The position numbers were made by a program, and so were the translations under genes. A model generated the notes under the pieces. It ran no database searches. It saw only the letters and a list, made by a program, of their open reading frames with translations, and was not told the origin of the DNA. Positions 27,005 to 37,450 of a stretch of 64,000 bases of DNA are shown piece after piece. Position 1 is the first letter of the stretch; each line of letters starts with the position of its first letter. Source of the stretch: a bacterium (GTDB lineage Bacteria > Zhuqueibacterota > Zhuqueibacteria > Oceanimicrobiales > Oceanimicrobiaceae). The DNA is taken from the NCBI GenBank assembly GCA_046757525.1, contig JBHHYI010000002.1, positions 1 to 64,000 on the forward strand, given 5' to 3'.

Positions 27005-28279
27005 ATGAATAGACCTATTTTAATATGGGTGACGATATTTTTAGTATTTACTGTGGCACACGACTGTGTCTTCGCTCAAAACAATGGCAAAGGTCTTTCT
27101 CTACAAAAACTGATCGAGGAAGCGTTGGAGAGAAACCCTGAGATTAAGTCAGCGCAACGTCTTTGGCAAGCCACCGAACAGAAGCCCGCACAGGTTTCTA
27201 CGCTGCCGGACCCGGTATTTAGCTATTCCCGCTTTGGCAAAAGTGTGGAAACCCGCGTGGGGCCGCAGGAGAATGTGTTTGCGCTGTCGCAGAAAATTCC
27301 TTTTCCGGGCAAATTAGGCTTGAAAGGAAAAATGGCCGGGCAAGACGCCTTGTCGCAACAGCAAGCGTATGAAGCCACCAAAAGGGATGTCATTTTCAAA
27401 GTTAAGAACGCTTACTACGATTTGTATTGGGTTGACCAGTCCATAGGCATTTTGGAACAATATCTGAATTTGTTGCAAGATTTCACCCGTGTGGCGGAAC
27501 GAAAGTACGCCACCGGGCAGGGCATTCAGGCAAGCGTTCTTAAATCGCAGGTCGAGATTTCAAGTACACTGGAAAGAAAGCTCCGTTTTGAGAAAGTGCG
27601 GCACGGGATTGTGGCGCACCTGAACGCGCTTGTGGACAGACCGCAGAATGCTGAATTGGGAAGGGCGACTCAAATCGACTCAGCCCGCCTGCATTTAGAC
27701 CAGGACGCTTTGGTCCAACAAGCCTTGTCAGACCGGCAGGAGCTCATGTCGATTCAAGCCATGATCGGGAAGAGCCAATTCATGCGAAGTCTGGCAAAAC
27801 GAAACTACCTGCCTGATTTCACTCTAAAGGCTAATTACATCGATGTTGCAAAAGGAGTAAGCGTCGCTGCCGATGCGGGTAAGAATGCCTGGTCTGTGAT
27901 GCTCGGCCTGAATTTGCCCATCTGGCTGGGCAAGCGCAACGCTGCAGTTCGGGAAGCGGATGACATGCTTGCCTCAAACAAACTGAAGTACGAAGATTTT
28001 CTTAACCAGGTGGAAGCTGAAATCAGGGATTTTTACTACCAGCTCGACGTCACCGGTGAGACCCTGGATTTGTATGAGCAAGGACTCATCGCTCAGGCCG
28101 AGAGCAGCCTGGCGTCCTCTCTGGCCAGCTACCGGACCGGTAAGCTGGATTTCTTGAGCCTTTTGGACGCTGAGCGCATGCTGTTGCACTTGAGGTTGGG
28201 ATATGTCAAAGAGCTGTCGAATTACCAGAAGGAGTTAGCGGCGTTGGAGCGCACAGTTGGAGGCCAGTTGCCCCAATAG
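27005..28279 (+). CDS. TolC-family outer membrane efflux protein (CusC role)
   Basis: ALERNPEI, LPDP, SQKIPFPGK, Y.TG..DFLSLLDAE; GGAGG RBS. Confidence 0.93.
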   Translation: MNRPILIWVTIFLVFTVAHDCVFAQNNGKGLSLQKLIEEALERNPEIKSAQRLWQATEQKPAQVSTLPDPVFSYSRFGKSVETRVGPQENVFALSQKIPFPGKLGLKGKMAGQDALSQQQAYEATKRDVIFKVKNAYYDLYWVDQSIGILEQYLNLLQDFTRVAERKYATGQGIQASVLKSQVEISSTLERKLRFEKVRHGIVAHLNALVDRPQNAELGRATQIDSARLHLDQDALVQQALSDRQELMSIQAMIGKSQFMRSLAKRNYLPDFTLKANYIDVAKGVSVAADAGKNAWSVMLGLNLPIWLGKRNAAVREADDMLASNKLKYEDFLNQVEAEIRDFYYQLDVTGETLDLYEQGLIAQAESSLASSLASYRTGKLDFLSLLDAERMLLHLRLGYVKELSNYQKELAALERTVGGQLPQ

Positions 28280-28334
28280 CCACACGGAAGAGCCTCTTTA
28301 ACCAAAGAAACGCTTTTAGCAAGGAGAGTAAAAC

Positions 28335-29741
28335 ATGCTAGATCTTATGATTCTGAAGAAACAACGTCGGTCTGTTGTCCTGGCTCTGACGGTCTTGCTT
28401 CTAACTGGGGCTTGTGGCAAGCGTGAGCATGAGCAGACGGCTGCTTCCGGTAAGGAGCCAGCAAAAGCCGAGGCATCGGCGCCGCAGATGAGCGCAGACC
28501 ATGAGCAAGCTGGCACGATGAAAATGGACATGAAAATGAAAAAAAGCACACCATCACAGGACTCGGCGGACAAGAAAGGGAAAAAGATTCTGTATTGGCG
28601 TGCGCCCATGGACCCCACCTACATTTCGGACCAACCGGGCAAGTCGCCCATGGGGATGGATCTGATTCCGGTTTACGAAGGCGAAGAAGTCGCTTCCGGC
28701 TCCACAATTTCAATCGATCCGGTAACCGTGCAAAACATGGGCGTCCGTACTGCACGGGTGAGGCGTCAGCCATTCAGCCGTGTTATCAGAACTGTTGGAC
28801 ATATTGACTATGACGAGGAAACATTGTACAACATCAACCTCAAGTTTCATGGCTGGATAGAGAAGCTCTATGTGGACCGCACCGGAGAGCCGGTAAGGAA
28901 AGGGCAGGCGCTGCTCAAGGTTTACTCTCCGGAGCTGGTTTCGACGCAGGAAGAATATCTCCTGGCTTACAAGAACCGGCAGCAATTGGCCAATAGCTCG
29001 TTTGCCCAGGTGAGCAAGGGGGCTGAAAGTCTGCTGGCGTCGACGCGTCAAAGACTGCAGTATTGGGACATTTCCGACGAGCAGATTGCAAAGCTGGAAA
29101 AGACCGGGCAGGTCAACAAAACATTGACCATCTACTCGCCGGCGGACGGAGTCGTGGTGCACAAGAATGCCGTCGAGGGAATGTACGCCATGGAAGGTGT
29201 CAACCTGTTTCGCATCGCTGACCTCACAAAGATATGGGTCTATGCTCACATCTTCGAGTACGAACTGCCCTGGATTAAGGTTGGGCAACAGGTAACCATG
29301 GAATTGCCCTATGTTCCCGGGCGAAAATTTACAGGAAGGGTGGATTACCTGTATCCTTATCTGAACGCCAAAACCAGAGACGTAAAGATTCGCATCATAT
29401 TTAACAATCCAACGCTGGAGCTGAAGCCACAAATGTATGCCAACATAACGATTGAATCCAGCGCTGGCGACAACGTGTTGGTGGTCCCGGGTGAAGCAGT
29501 CATTCGCTCTGGTGTGCGCAACCTGGTTTTTCTCGATCTGGGAAATGGAAAATTTCGCCCGCAGGAAGTCGTGTTGGGCCCTGAAGGCGACGACGGCCTG
29601 GTGGAAATCGTTTCGGGCTTAGAGGAAGGCCAGGGGATTGTCACCAGCGCACAATTCATGTTGGACTCTGAAAGTCGTTTACGCGAAGCGATTCAAAAGA
29701 TGCTGGAAGTCAAAAAAGCTGCTCAACAAAAAATGGAATAA
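28335..29741 (+). CDS. cusB: CusB-type periplasmic adaptor (lipoprotein) with heavy-metal-binding domain
   Basis: LTGAC lipobox, MKMDMKM, YWRAPMDP..PGKSPMGMDL, YSPELVSTQEE, SAQFMLDSES. Confidence 0.92.
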   Translation: MLDLMILKKQRRSVVLALTVLLLTGACGKREHEQTAASGKEPAKAEASAPQMSADHEQAGTMKMDMKMKKSTPSQDSADKKGKKILYWRAPMDPTYISDQPGKSPMGMDLIPVYEGEEVASGSTISIDPVTVQNMGVRTARVRRQPFSRVIRTVGHIDYDEETLYNINLKFHGWIEKLYVDRTGEPVRKGQALLKVYSPELVSTQEEYLLAYKNRQQLANSSFAQVSKGAESLLASTRQRLQYWDISDEQIAKLEKTGQVNKTLTIYSPADGVVVHKNAVEGMYAMEGVNLFRIADLTKIWVYAHIFEYELPWIKVGQQVTMELPYVPGRKFTGRVDYLYPYLNAKTRDVKIRIIFNNPTLELKPQMYANITIESSAGDNVLVVPGEAVIRSGVRNLVFLDLGNGKFRPQEVVLGPEGDDGLVEIVSGLEEGQGIVTSAQFMLDSESRLREAIQKMLEVKKAAQQKME

Positions 29742-29840
29742 GGGAAATAATATGCTCTCGGGAAACGCTCCTTGTTCGTCTTTTACGAATAAAACGACCC
29801 ACTTTGGCTGTAGGGTGCTATTTGGCACGTGGGGCTACAA

Positions 29841-29942
29841 GGGACGCTGGAGCGTCCTGTGTTCGTCCCCACGCAGAGCATGGGAACGAGGGCTACGGTC
29901 ACTTGAGAAGCAGCGACCTACTCGGGATGACTCGCACAGTGC
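29841..29942. repeat. REP-like elements inserted between cusB and cusA
   Basis: GGACGCTGGAGCGTCC and TCGTCCCCACGCAGAGCATGGGAACGAG palindromes; 29894-29942 is an inverted 44/49 copy of 25765-25813. Confidence 0.78.
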
Positions 29943-30103
29943 TTCTGAGACACCGGGCTTTACTAAACTTCGGAAGGTTAGTAAAGCTGAAAATGAGTTC
30001 CTTCCATTCAGAACTGCGATAGCCGTGAAATTCAAAAAAGCGTTTAGATTGAAAAATTCATGAACAACGAAGCGCGAATTTACTGAAGAATAGAGGACTG
30101 AAA

Positions 30104-33100
30104 ATGTTAGAAAAGGTGATAGAATGGTCAGTCAACAACCGGTTCATGGTGATATTGGTCACATTGTTTGTCATTCTGATCGGCGTAATAGCCATGCTGC
30201 GAACACCGGTTGACGCCATCCCGGATTTGTCTGATGTGCAAGTGATCGTTTTTACGGAATTTCCAGGTCAGGCACCGCAGGTAGTGGAAGACCAGGTGAC
30301 CTATCCGCTGACCACGTCCATGCTGGCAGTGCCGCGCGCCAAGGTGGTGAGGGGATACTCTTTTTTCGGATTTTCCATGGTTTACATCATTTTTGAGGAC
30401 AACACCGATCTCTACTGGGCGCGCAGCCGGGTGTTGGAATATCTCAATTACGTTTCAAAGAGACTGCCGCCAGGGGTCACCCCCACGCTCGGACCGGACG
30501 CCACCGGCGTGGGCTGGGTGTATGAATACGCCTTAAAGAGCGATCGCCATGATTTGGCGCAACTGCGCTCCATTCAGGACTGGCTGCTGCGCTACGAATT
30601 GACCACGGTGCCGGGTGTGGCTGAAGTGGCCAGCATCGGAGGCTATGTCAAGCAGTACCAGGTCGAGGTCGATCCCAACAAATTGCTGATATATGACATT
30701 CCCCTGCAAAAAATAAAAATGGCCATCAAGAATGCCAACAACGACGTGGGCGGCCGCCTGGTGGAAATGGCGGAAACCGAATTCATGGTCAGAGGGCTGG
30801 GGTACATTAAGTCGGTAAGTGACCTGGAAAAGGTTACGCTGGGAGTGGACAATCGCGGGGTGCCCATTACGCTGAAACAAGTCGCCCATGTACAGCTCGG
30901 GCCTGAATTGCGTCGTGGACTTTCGGAACTGAATGGCGAAGGCGAAGTGGTGGGCGGCATCATCGTCATGCGTTACGGAGAAAATGCCTTGAAGACCATC
31001 GACGGCGTGAAGGCCAAGCTCGAACAACTTAAGAAGAGCTTGCCCAAAGGGGTAGAAATCGTACCGGTGTACGACCGCTCCGGTTTGATCGAACGCGCTA
31101 TTGAGAATCTGCGAGGCAAACTTGTCGAAGAAAGTATTGTGGTGGCGCTGGTGTGTATAATTTTTCTGCTGCACTTTCGCAGCGCCTTCGTGGCGATTTT
31201 CACGCTACCGGTCGGCATTCTGATCGCCTTCATGATCATGCACCGGCAGGGCATTAACGCCAACATCATGTCGCTGGGGGGCATCGCCATCGCCATCGGC
31301 GCCATGGTGGACGCTGCCATCGTCATGATCGAGAATGCGCATAAACATATCGAGCACGATACCGGCAAGAATCACTGGCAGATCATCATCGACGCTTCCA
31401 AGGAAGTGGGCCCGGCTCTCTTCTATTCCCTGCTCATCATCACCATCTCGTTTGTGCCGGTTTTTACCTTACAGGCGCAAGAGGGCAGATTGTTCAAACC
31501 TCTTGCATTTACCAAAACCTATGCCATGGCGGCCTCTGCCTTGCTGGCCATCACCATCGTGCCGGTGCTCATGGGCTACTTTATCCGTGGTAAGATCATG
31601 CCGGAGGACAAAAACCCGGTCAACCGCTTCTTGATCTGGATCTACCTGCCGGTGATCAACCTGGTGCTTCGCTTCAAGAAGACCGCGCTGCTGGTAGCGA
31701 CAGCGATTCTGCTGCTCAGCCTGTGGCCGCTGTCGAAGCTTGGTTCGGAATTCATGCCGCCCCTATACGAAGGCGATCTGCTTTACATGCCGACCACCGA
31801 TCCTGGCATAAGCATTACCAAAGCCAAGCAGCTCTTACAGCAGACCGACAAGATCATCAAGAACCAGTTTCCCAATGAAGTACACCACGTTTTCGGCAAG
31901 GTTGGTCGTGCGGAAACGGCCACCGACCCGGCACCGCTTTCCATGATGGAAACCACCATCATGCTGAAGCCAGAAGATGAGTGGAGTCCCGGGATGACAC
32001 CGAAGAAGCTGGTCGATTCTTTGAACGCGGCCATTCATTTTCCCGGCCTCACCAATGCCTGGACCATGCCAATCAAAACGCGAATCGATATGCTGGCCAC
32101 AGGCATTAAGACGCCGGTGGGCATTAAGCTCATGGGGGACGATCTCTCGGTGCTGGCTGATCTGGCGCAACAGATCGCCACGGTGCTCACCAACGTACCG
32201 GGTACGCTCAGTGTGTTTCCCGAAAAGGCGGTCGGCGGCAATTATCTGGATTTTAAAATCAAACGCGATGAAACCATGCGGTATGGCCTTAATGTGGGGG
32301 ATGTTCAAGATGTCATCAAGAGTGCCATCGGCGGCATGAACGTCACACAAACGGTCGAAGGGCTTGAACGCTACCCGGTCAACGTTCGTTACAGCCGCGA
32401 GCTTCGGGACAACATCGGGGCCTTGCAGCGCGTGCTCATCTCCACGCCCACGGGCGCTCAGATTCCCATCACCCAGGTGGCCGACATTCAAATCAAGAAG
32501 GGGCCGCCGGTCATCAAGAGCGAAAACTCGCGGCGCTCTGCGTGGATCTATGTCGATTTAAGCAACATCGATGTTGGCACCTATGTGGCCAGAGCGAAAA
32601 AAGTGGTCGAAGAACGGATCAATCTGCCCACCGGTTATACCATGTTGTGGAGCGGGCAATACGAATACATGCAGCGCGCCAAAGAACGAATGAAATTAGT
32701 GGTTCCTGTCACATTGGTGATTATCTTTGTACTCCTGTTCCTCAATTTCAAGAATGTGGTTGAAAGCGTCGTCGTCATGTTTTCACTTCCGTTTGCACTG
32801 ATAGGCGGCATCTGGCTCATGTATCTGCTGAATTATGACTTTAGCGTGGCCGTCGGGGTCGGTTTCATTGCGCTCGCAGGGGTAACTGCTGAAATTGGGG
32901 TCATCATGCTGACCTACCTGGATCGAGCCTATGAGCAGCGAATCAGCAGCGGGAAAATGCAGCACAAATCGGACTTGATCCAATCGATTCTCGAAGGGAC
33001 CAGCATGCGCTTACGACCCATTTTCATGACCGTGACCGCCATTATCGCAGGACTTCTGCCCATCATGTGGGGGCATGGCACCGGTTCGGATGTCATGAAG

Positions 33101-33229
33101 CGGATCGCAGCGCCCATGGTTGGCGGAATGATGTCCTCGACCGTCTTAACCCTGCTCGTGATTCCGGCCATTTACTTCATCTGGAAAAGCTGGGAGAATC
33201 GCAAACGGTGGGTGGCGGAACAGAAGTAA
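30104..33229 (+). CDS. cusA: CusA/SilA Cu(I)/Ag(I) HME-RND permease
   Basis: DAIPDLSDVQVI, EFMPPL, APLSMMET, AWTMPIK Met triad region, RLRPIFMT. Confidence 0.97.
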   Translation: MLEKVIEWSVNNRFMVILVTLFVILIGVIAMLRTPVDAIPDLSDVQVIVFTEFPGQAPQVVEDQVTYPLTTSMLAVPRAKVVRGYSFFGFSMVYIIFEDNTDLYWARSRVLEYLNYVSKRLPPGVTPTLGPDATGVGWVYEYALKSDRHDLAQLRSIQDWLLRYELTTVPGVAEVASIGGYVKQYQVEVDPNKLLIYDIPLQKIKMAIKNANNDVGGRLVEMAETEFMVRGLGYIKSVSDLEKVTLGVDNRGVPITLKQVAHVQLGPELRRGLSELNGEGEVVGGIIVMRYGENALKTIDGVKAKLEQLKKSLPKGVEIVPVYDRSGLIERAIENLRGKLVEESIVVALVCIIFLLHFRSAFVAIFTLPVGILIAFMIMHRQGINANIMSLGGIAIAIGAMVDAAIVMIENAHKHIEHDTGKNHWQIIIDASKEVGPALFYSLLIITISFVPVFTLQAQEGRLFKPLAFTKTYAMAASALLAITIVPVLMGYFIRGKIMPEDKNPVNRFLIWIYLPVINLVLRFKKTALLVATAILLLSLWPLSKLGSEFMPPLYEGDLLYMPTTDPGISITKAKQLLQQTDKIIKNQFPNEVHHVFGKVGRAETATDPAPLSMMETTIMLKPEDEWSPGMTPKKLVDSLNAAIHFPGLTNAWTMPIKTRIDMLATGIKTPVGIKLMGDDLSVLADLAQQIATVLTNVPGTLSVFPEKAVGGNYLDFKIKRDETMRYGLNVGDVQDVIKSAIGGMNVTQTVEGLERYPVNVRYSRELRDNIGALQRVLISTPTGAQIPITQVADIQIKKGPPVIKSENSRRSAWIYVDLSNIDVGTYVARAKKVVEERINLPTGYTMLWSGQYEYMQRAKERMKLVVPVTLVIIFVLLFLNFKNVVESVVVMFSLPFALIGGIWLMYLLNYDFSVAVGVGFIALAGVTAEIGVIMLTYLDRAYEQRISSGKMQHKSDLIQSILEGTSMRLRPIFMTVTAIIAGLLPIMWGHGTGSDVMKRIAAPMVGGMMSSTVLTLLVIPAIYFIWKSWENRKRWVAEQK

Positions 33230-33292
33230 TGCAGATTTGAATGTCTGCTCATCAGAAAGTGAAGTGTTTCAAATGTTGGAAAGGAATTTGTC

Positions 33293-35293
33293 ATGAATGC
33301 AGTAGCCAGTGGCTTGTTGCTGTTCGCGTTCGTCCTCGCTGGATACGGAACCTGGGCGGCTTTTTATGGGGGGCGTTGGCAGCAGGAGCGCATGATTCTC
33401 AGTGCACGACGCAGCGCTGTGGCCTTGTTTGCTATCACGACCCTCATTATTCTGGCGTTAGCTTACGCTTTTGTCACGCGCGATTTCTCATTGGAGTACG
33501 TTGCTCACTACTCCAGTCGAACTTTGCCCATGTTCTATACCGTTGCTGCGGTTTGGGCAGGCCAGGCCGGGTCGCTTCTCTTGTGGGCCTGGCTGTTGAC
33601 GGTGTTTGCGGCGCTCGTCGTCTGGCAAAACCGACATAAAAATCGTGAGCTGTTGCCGTATGTACTCGCCGTTATGTTCTTTACCGCGTTCTTTTTCTTT
33701 GGTCTCATGGTCTATGCCACCAGTCCATTCAAACCGTTGCCACAGCCAGTTGCTGACGGCAACGGGCTGAATCCCATGCTGCAAAATGTCGGCATGGTTA
33801 TGCATCCGCCGACGCTCTACCTGGGGTACGTTGGCTTCATCGTCCCCTTTGCCTTTGCCATCGCTGCCCTGATCACGAAACGGCTGGATGCGCAGTGGAT
33901 TCGCTCTACGCGGCGTTGGGCCTTGTTCGCCTGGTTGTTCTTGACACTTGGCAATCTTTTTGGCGCCAAGTGGGCGTATGTCGAATTGGGCTGGGGAGGC
34001 TACTGGGCCTGGGATCCGGTTGAAAACGCATCGTTCATGCCATGGCTCACTGGCACAGCCTTCTTGCACTCGGTCATGATTCAGGAAAAGCGCGGCATGC
34101 TCAAAGTGTGGAACCTGACCCTGATCATTATTACCTTTGCGCTTACGATTTTTGGTACATTTATCACTCGTAGCGGCATTATTTCTTCCGTGCACTCTTT
34201 CGGACTCTCCAATCTCGGTCCTATCTTCATGATTTTTCTTGCAGTAGTGCTTGTGGGTGCATTTGGTTTGCTGTGGGTACGGCGACCCTATTTAAAGAGC
34301 ACGAACAAATTGGATGCGCTTTGGTCACGAGAGTCGAGCTTCTTGTTTAACAATCTCTTTCTCGTCGGCATGACTTTCGCCATCTTCTGGGGTACGATTT
34401 TCCCCATCATTTCGGAAGCCGTACGAGGCGTCAAAATTACCGTTGGGCCGCCATTTTTTAATCAGGTTAACGTGCCTATTGGCCTTGCGTTGCTGGCTTT
34501 GACGGGCATCTGCCCGCTCATTGCCTGGCGCAAGGCTTCGCAACGGAATTTGCGGCGCAGCTTCACCATCCCAATGTCAGCGTCGATTGTGAGTGCGGCG
34601 GGATTCTACCTTCTGGGGGTGCACTCACTCTATCCCCTGATGTCTTTTGTGCTCTCTGTGTTTGTGATGACCACGATTATCATGGAGTTTTCGCGGGGCA
34701 CAGCGGCAAGAGCGCGCATTTCAGGTGAGAATCTGTTACGTGCCTTGTACGATTTGGTCATGCGCAACAAACGACGTTATGGGGGTTATGTCATTCATAT
34801 TGGCATCGTCATGATTTTTGTCGGCATCACCGGTTCCAGCGCTTTTCAAAAAGAGCAAGCTGCCAGCCTCAAACCTGGAGACGCCATTGAAGTCGCTGGT
34901 TACAGACTCAACTACCAGGGGTTGGAGGATCGTTCCACGCCGCATGCGCAGATTGTAGCTGCCGAAATGCAGGTCGAATCAAATGGCAAACCTCTCACAA
35001 CTCTATATCCCGAACGCCGGAAATACCGCAAGCAGGATGTGGTCAGCGAAGTAGCCATACGCCAGACACCGAAGGAAGATCTCTACGTCATTCTTGCTGA
35101 TTTCGACGCTGAACAAAACGCCCACATTAAAGTAATGGTGATCCCTCTGGTGGGATGGATCTGGATTGGCGGCGTTGTCATGATTATTGGAACACTTATC
35201 GCTTTGGGACCGGACCGCCTGAAGAAGAAAAGCGCTGAGCTGCCGACGCGAAAATCTCCTTCACATAAAAAGGAGGTAGATTATGCGGTATAA
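33293..35293 (+). CDS. ccmF: Heme lyase CcmF
   Basis: HPP, WGGYWAWDPVENAS (WWD motif), TRSG..SVHSF, YGGYVIHIG. Confidence 0.96.
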   Translation: MNAVASGLLLFAFVLAGYGTWAAFYGGRWQQERMILSARRSAVALFAITTLIILALAYAFVTRDFSLEYVAHYSSRTLPMFYTVAAVWAGQAGSLLLWAWLLTVFAALVVWQNRHKNRELLPYVLAVMFFTAFFFFGLMVYATSPFKPLPQPVADGNGLNPMLQNVGMVMHPPTLYLGYVGFIVPFAFAIAALITKRLDAQWIRSTRRWALFAWLFLTLGNLFGAKWAYVELGWGGYWAWDPVENASFMPWLTGTAFLHSVMIQEKRGMLKVWNLTLIIITFALTIFGTFITRSGIISSVHSFGLSNLGPIFMIFLAVVLVGAFGLLWVRRPYLKSTNKLDALWSRESSFLFNNLFLVGMTFAIFWGTIFPIISEAVRGVKITVGPPFFNQVNVPIGLALLALTGICPLIAWRKASQRNLRRSFTIPMSASIVSAAGFYLLGVHSLYPLMSFVLSVFVMTTIIMEFSRGTAARARISGENLLRALYDLVMRNKRRYGGYVIHIGIVMIFVGITGSSAFQKEQAASLKPGDAIEVAGYRLNYQGLEDRSTPHAQIVAAEMQVESNGKPLTTLYPERRKYRKQDVVSEVAIRQTPKEDLYVILADFDAEQNAHIKVMVIPLVGWIWIGGVVMIIGTLIALGPDRLKKKSAELPTRKSPSHKKEVDYAV

Positions 35294-35774
35294 GAATTTA
35301 ACGATTTTGATCTTGTCGGTTTTCCTGGGGTGCTTGAGTGCAGTTTACGCCCTGCCTCAACAGGTAACCCTCAGCGAGATAAAAAAAAGTCTGGTCTGTC
35401 AGTGCGATTGCAACATGACGGTCGAAGCCTGTCAGGGAGCAATGTCCTGTGACACCTCTGAAAAACTCACCGCCGAAGCTGCGGGTTACGTCGAACAGGG
35501 TATGAATAAAGAGGCTATCCTGGCTGCCTTTGTCCAGAAATACGGTGAGCACATTTTAGCGGCACCGCCGAAGAAGGGATTCAACCTGACGGCATGGATT
35601 CTGCCTTTTGCAGCGATTCTCTTCACGGGTTTCGGCATTGTGGTACTTTTGAAACGCTGGGCCAGACAGCCACAAACCGCTCAGGCGAAACCGAACATTA
35701 CAGAGAAGACAGAGAACAATCACGGCTCTCGCTACGAAGAAAAGTTGGACGAAGCCCTGCGTTCTCTCGATTAA
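35283..35774 (+). CDS. ccmH: Cytochrome c biogenesis protein CcmH
   Basis: LVCQCDC, FVQKYGEHILAAPP..GFN..AWILP. Confidence 0.9.
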   Translation: MRYKNLTILILSVFLGCLSAVYALPQQVTLSEIKKSLVCQCDCNMTVEACQGAMSCDTSEKLTAEAAGYVEQGMNKEAILAAFVQKYGEHILAAPPKKGFNLTAWILPFAAILFTGFGIVVLLKRWARQPQTAQAKPNITEKTENNHGSRYEEKLDEALRSLD

Positions 35775-35789
35775 GGAAAGGACGGTACC

Positions 35790-36209
35790 ATGAATGAAAT
35801 CATCCTACTTATGATTGTACTGGCTGCAATCGCCTATCTCGCAGAGCCGTACTGGCGCAAAAAGGTGATAGCTCCAAACCGTTCAAACGTTCAGTTGGCC
35901 GACCTGATCGAGAGGCGGAATAGTCTGCTTGCCCAGATCAAAGAAATTGAGTTTGACCATGAAGTTGGTAAGGTGTCCGCCGAGGATTTTTCTGAGATCA
36001 ACGCTCGCTACCGTAGCGAGGCCATTGGAGTTCTTCGCCGGATCGACGCGCTGCAAGGAAACAAGCGCTCCCGCCAAAAACTTGAAGCGGAATTGCAAAG
36101 CATGCGCTCGCGGCGCAAGAAAGGTACGATGTTCTGCAGCCAGTGCGGTACCGCCTTCGGACCTAAAGATCGTTTCTGCTCAAACTGCGGGAATCGAATA
36201 AGAAAGTGA
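35790..36209 (+). CDS. CcmI-N-like membrane protein with C-terminal zinc ribbon
   Basis: IKEIEFDHEVGKVSAEDF; CSQC..FCSNCG. Confidence 0.85.
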   Translation: MNEIILLMIVLAAIAYLAEPYWRKKVIAPNRSNVQLADLIERRNSLLAQIKEIEFDHEVGKVSAEDFSEINARYRSEAIGVLRRIDALQGNKRSRQKLEAELQSMRSRRKKGTMFCSQCGTAFGPKDRFCSNCGNRIRK

Positions 36210-37450
36210 GGAATTCCATGCATAGAATGCTGTTAACCATTTCCATGAGTCTTATCCTGACTCCGGGAATTGGTTTGTCTCAAAGTCACAAAGCGCACGG
36301 GACGTTGTTCGGTTTTATTTACAATGGCAGCAAAGCCACCGATGCTGCACCAAAAGTCGGACTTGCCAACCAGGAGGTCGTCATATACAAATACCTCGAT
36401 GGCCAAACGGAGGAAGGTACTCGCGCGCACACCACAACCGACTCCAGAGGGCGTTTTGCCTTTAAGAATTTGGAGGTAGGCAAACGATTCGCTTACTACC
36501 CGGCAACCGTTGTAGGAGGCATCGAATACTACGGCGATGTTGTTACCCTCACACCAGATACCCTGAACAGACGCAGTGACATCACCACATTTGAACCCTC
36601 CGCTTCCGATTCAAGCATTTCGGTCGTGACGCAGCATATTATCGTTACCCCTGGTGCGGGTGTTCTGCAGGTGAAGGAAATCGCGGTGTTCAGCAATCGC
36701 GGGCGGCACACCTATGTGGGCAGTGTGCCAGCGGGCCAGCCTGGCAAGAACATCGTTCTGAGAATGGATCTCCCTGACAATGCAAAGGACGTACAGTTCG
36801 GCGGTGACTTGATGGCGTGCTGTGCCATGGTGTCCGGAAATCATATTTTCGACACTATGGAATTTAAACCGGGGGTGCGCCAGGAGGTGGTGAGTTATCT
36901 TTTGCCGTACAAGGGGCAATCCACGAGCGTGGTCAAGAAAGTTGCCTATCCTACAGCGGCAATCGATGTTTTCCTACCGGAGAATCTCGGGGCACTGCAA
37001 GCGCAGGGCTTTGTTTCGCAGGGTTCGTTTCAAATCAGAGGTGAGAACTATACGCGATACACGGCCGCGGGTTTTGCCAGGGGAAGGGTGCTGACCCTCA
37101 CCTTCGGAGGCCTCCCTGCTGCGCCTGCAGACTGGCGATGGCTCCCACCGGTCGTGCTTGGTCTTCTTCTGGTTGTTGGTTTTACAACCTACCATCTACG
37201 AAGAAGAGCACAATCAACTGCTCAGCAGATTACCGACGAAACTGCCGCTTCAGAGGTCGATCCGGAAAGACAACGATTGCTAGCGGAAATCTTGCAACTG
37301 GATGAAGCTTATGAGGCTGGTGAGATTGACGAAAACACCTACGCGGTTGCAAGAGAAAAGCGCATTGCGATGGTCAATGCCAGAGACGAACCGCAAAATG
37401 TAGAGCCAGTTGAACAACAGCCTGGAGGAGCGCATGCCAAAAGTAAATAA
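36206..37450 (+). CDS. Ccm-associated exported membrane protein (beta-sandwich domains, TM, SHOCT-like tail)
   Basis: Signal peptide, TTTDSRGRFAF, MACCAM, TM, LAEILQLDEAYEAGEIDE. Confidence 0.8.
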   Translation: MRNSMHRMLLTISMSLILTPGIGLSQSHKAHGTLFGFIYNGSKATDAAPKVGLANQEVVIYKYLDGQTEEGTRAHTTTDSRGRFAFKNLEVGKRFAYYPATVVGGIEYYGDVVTLTPDTLNRRSDITTFEPSASDSSISVVTQHIIVTPGAGVLQVKEIAVFSNRGRHTYVGSVPAGQPGKNIVLRMDLPDNAKDVQFGGDLMACCAMVSGNHIFDTMEFKPGVRQEVVSYLLPYKGQSTSVVKKVAYPTAAIDVFLPENLGALQAQGFVSQGSFQIRGENYTRYTAAGFARGRVLTLTFGGLPAAPADWRWLPPVVLGLLLVVGFTTYHLRRRAQSTAQQITDETAASEVDPERQRLLAEILQLDEAYEAGEIDENTYAVAREKRIAMVNARDEPQNVEPVEQQPGGAHAKSK

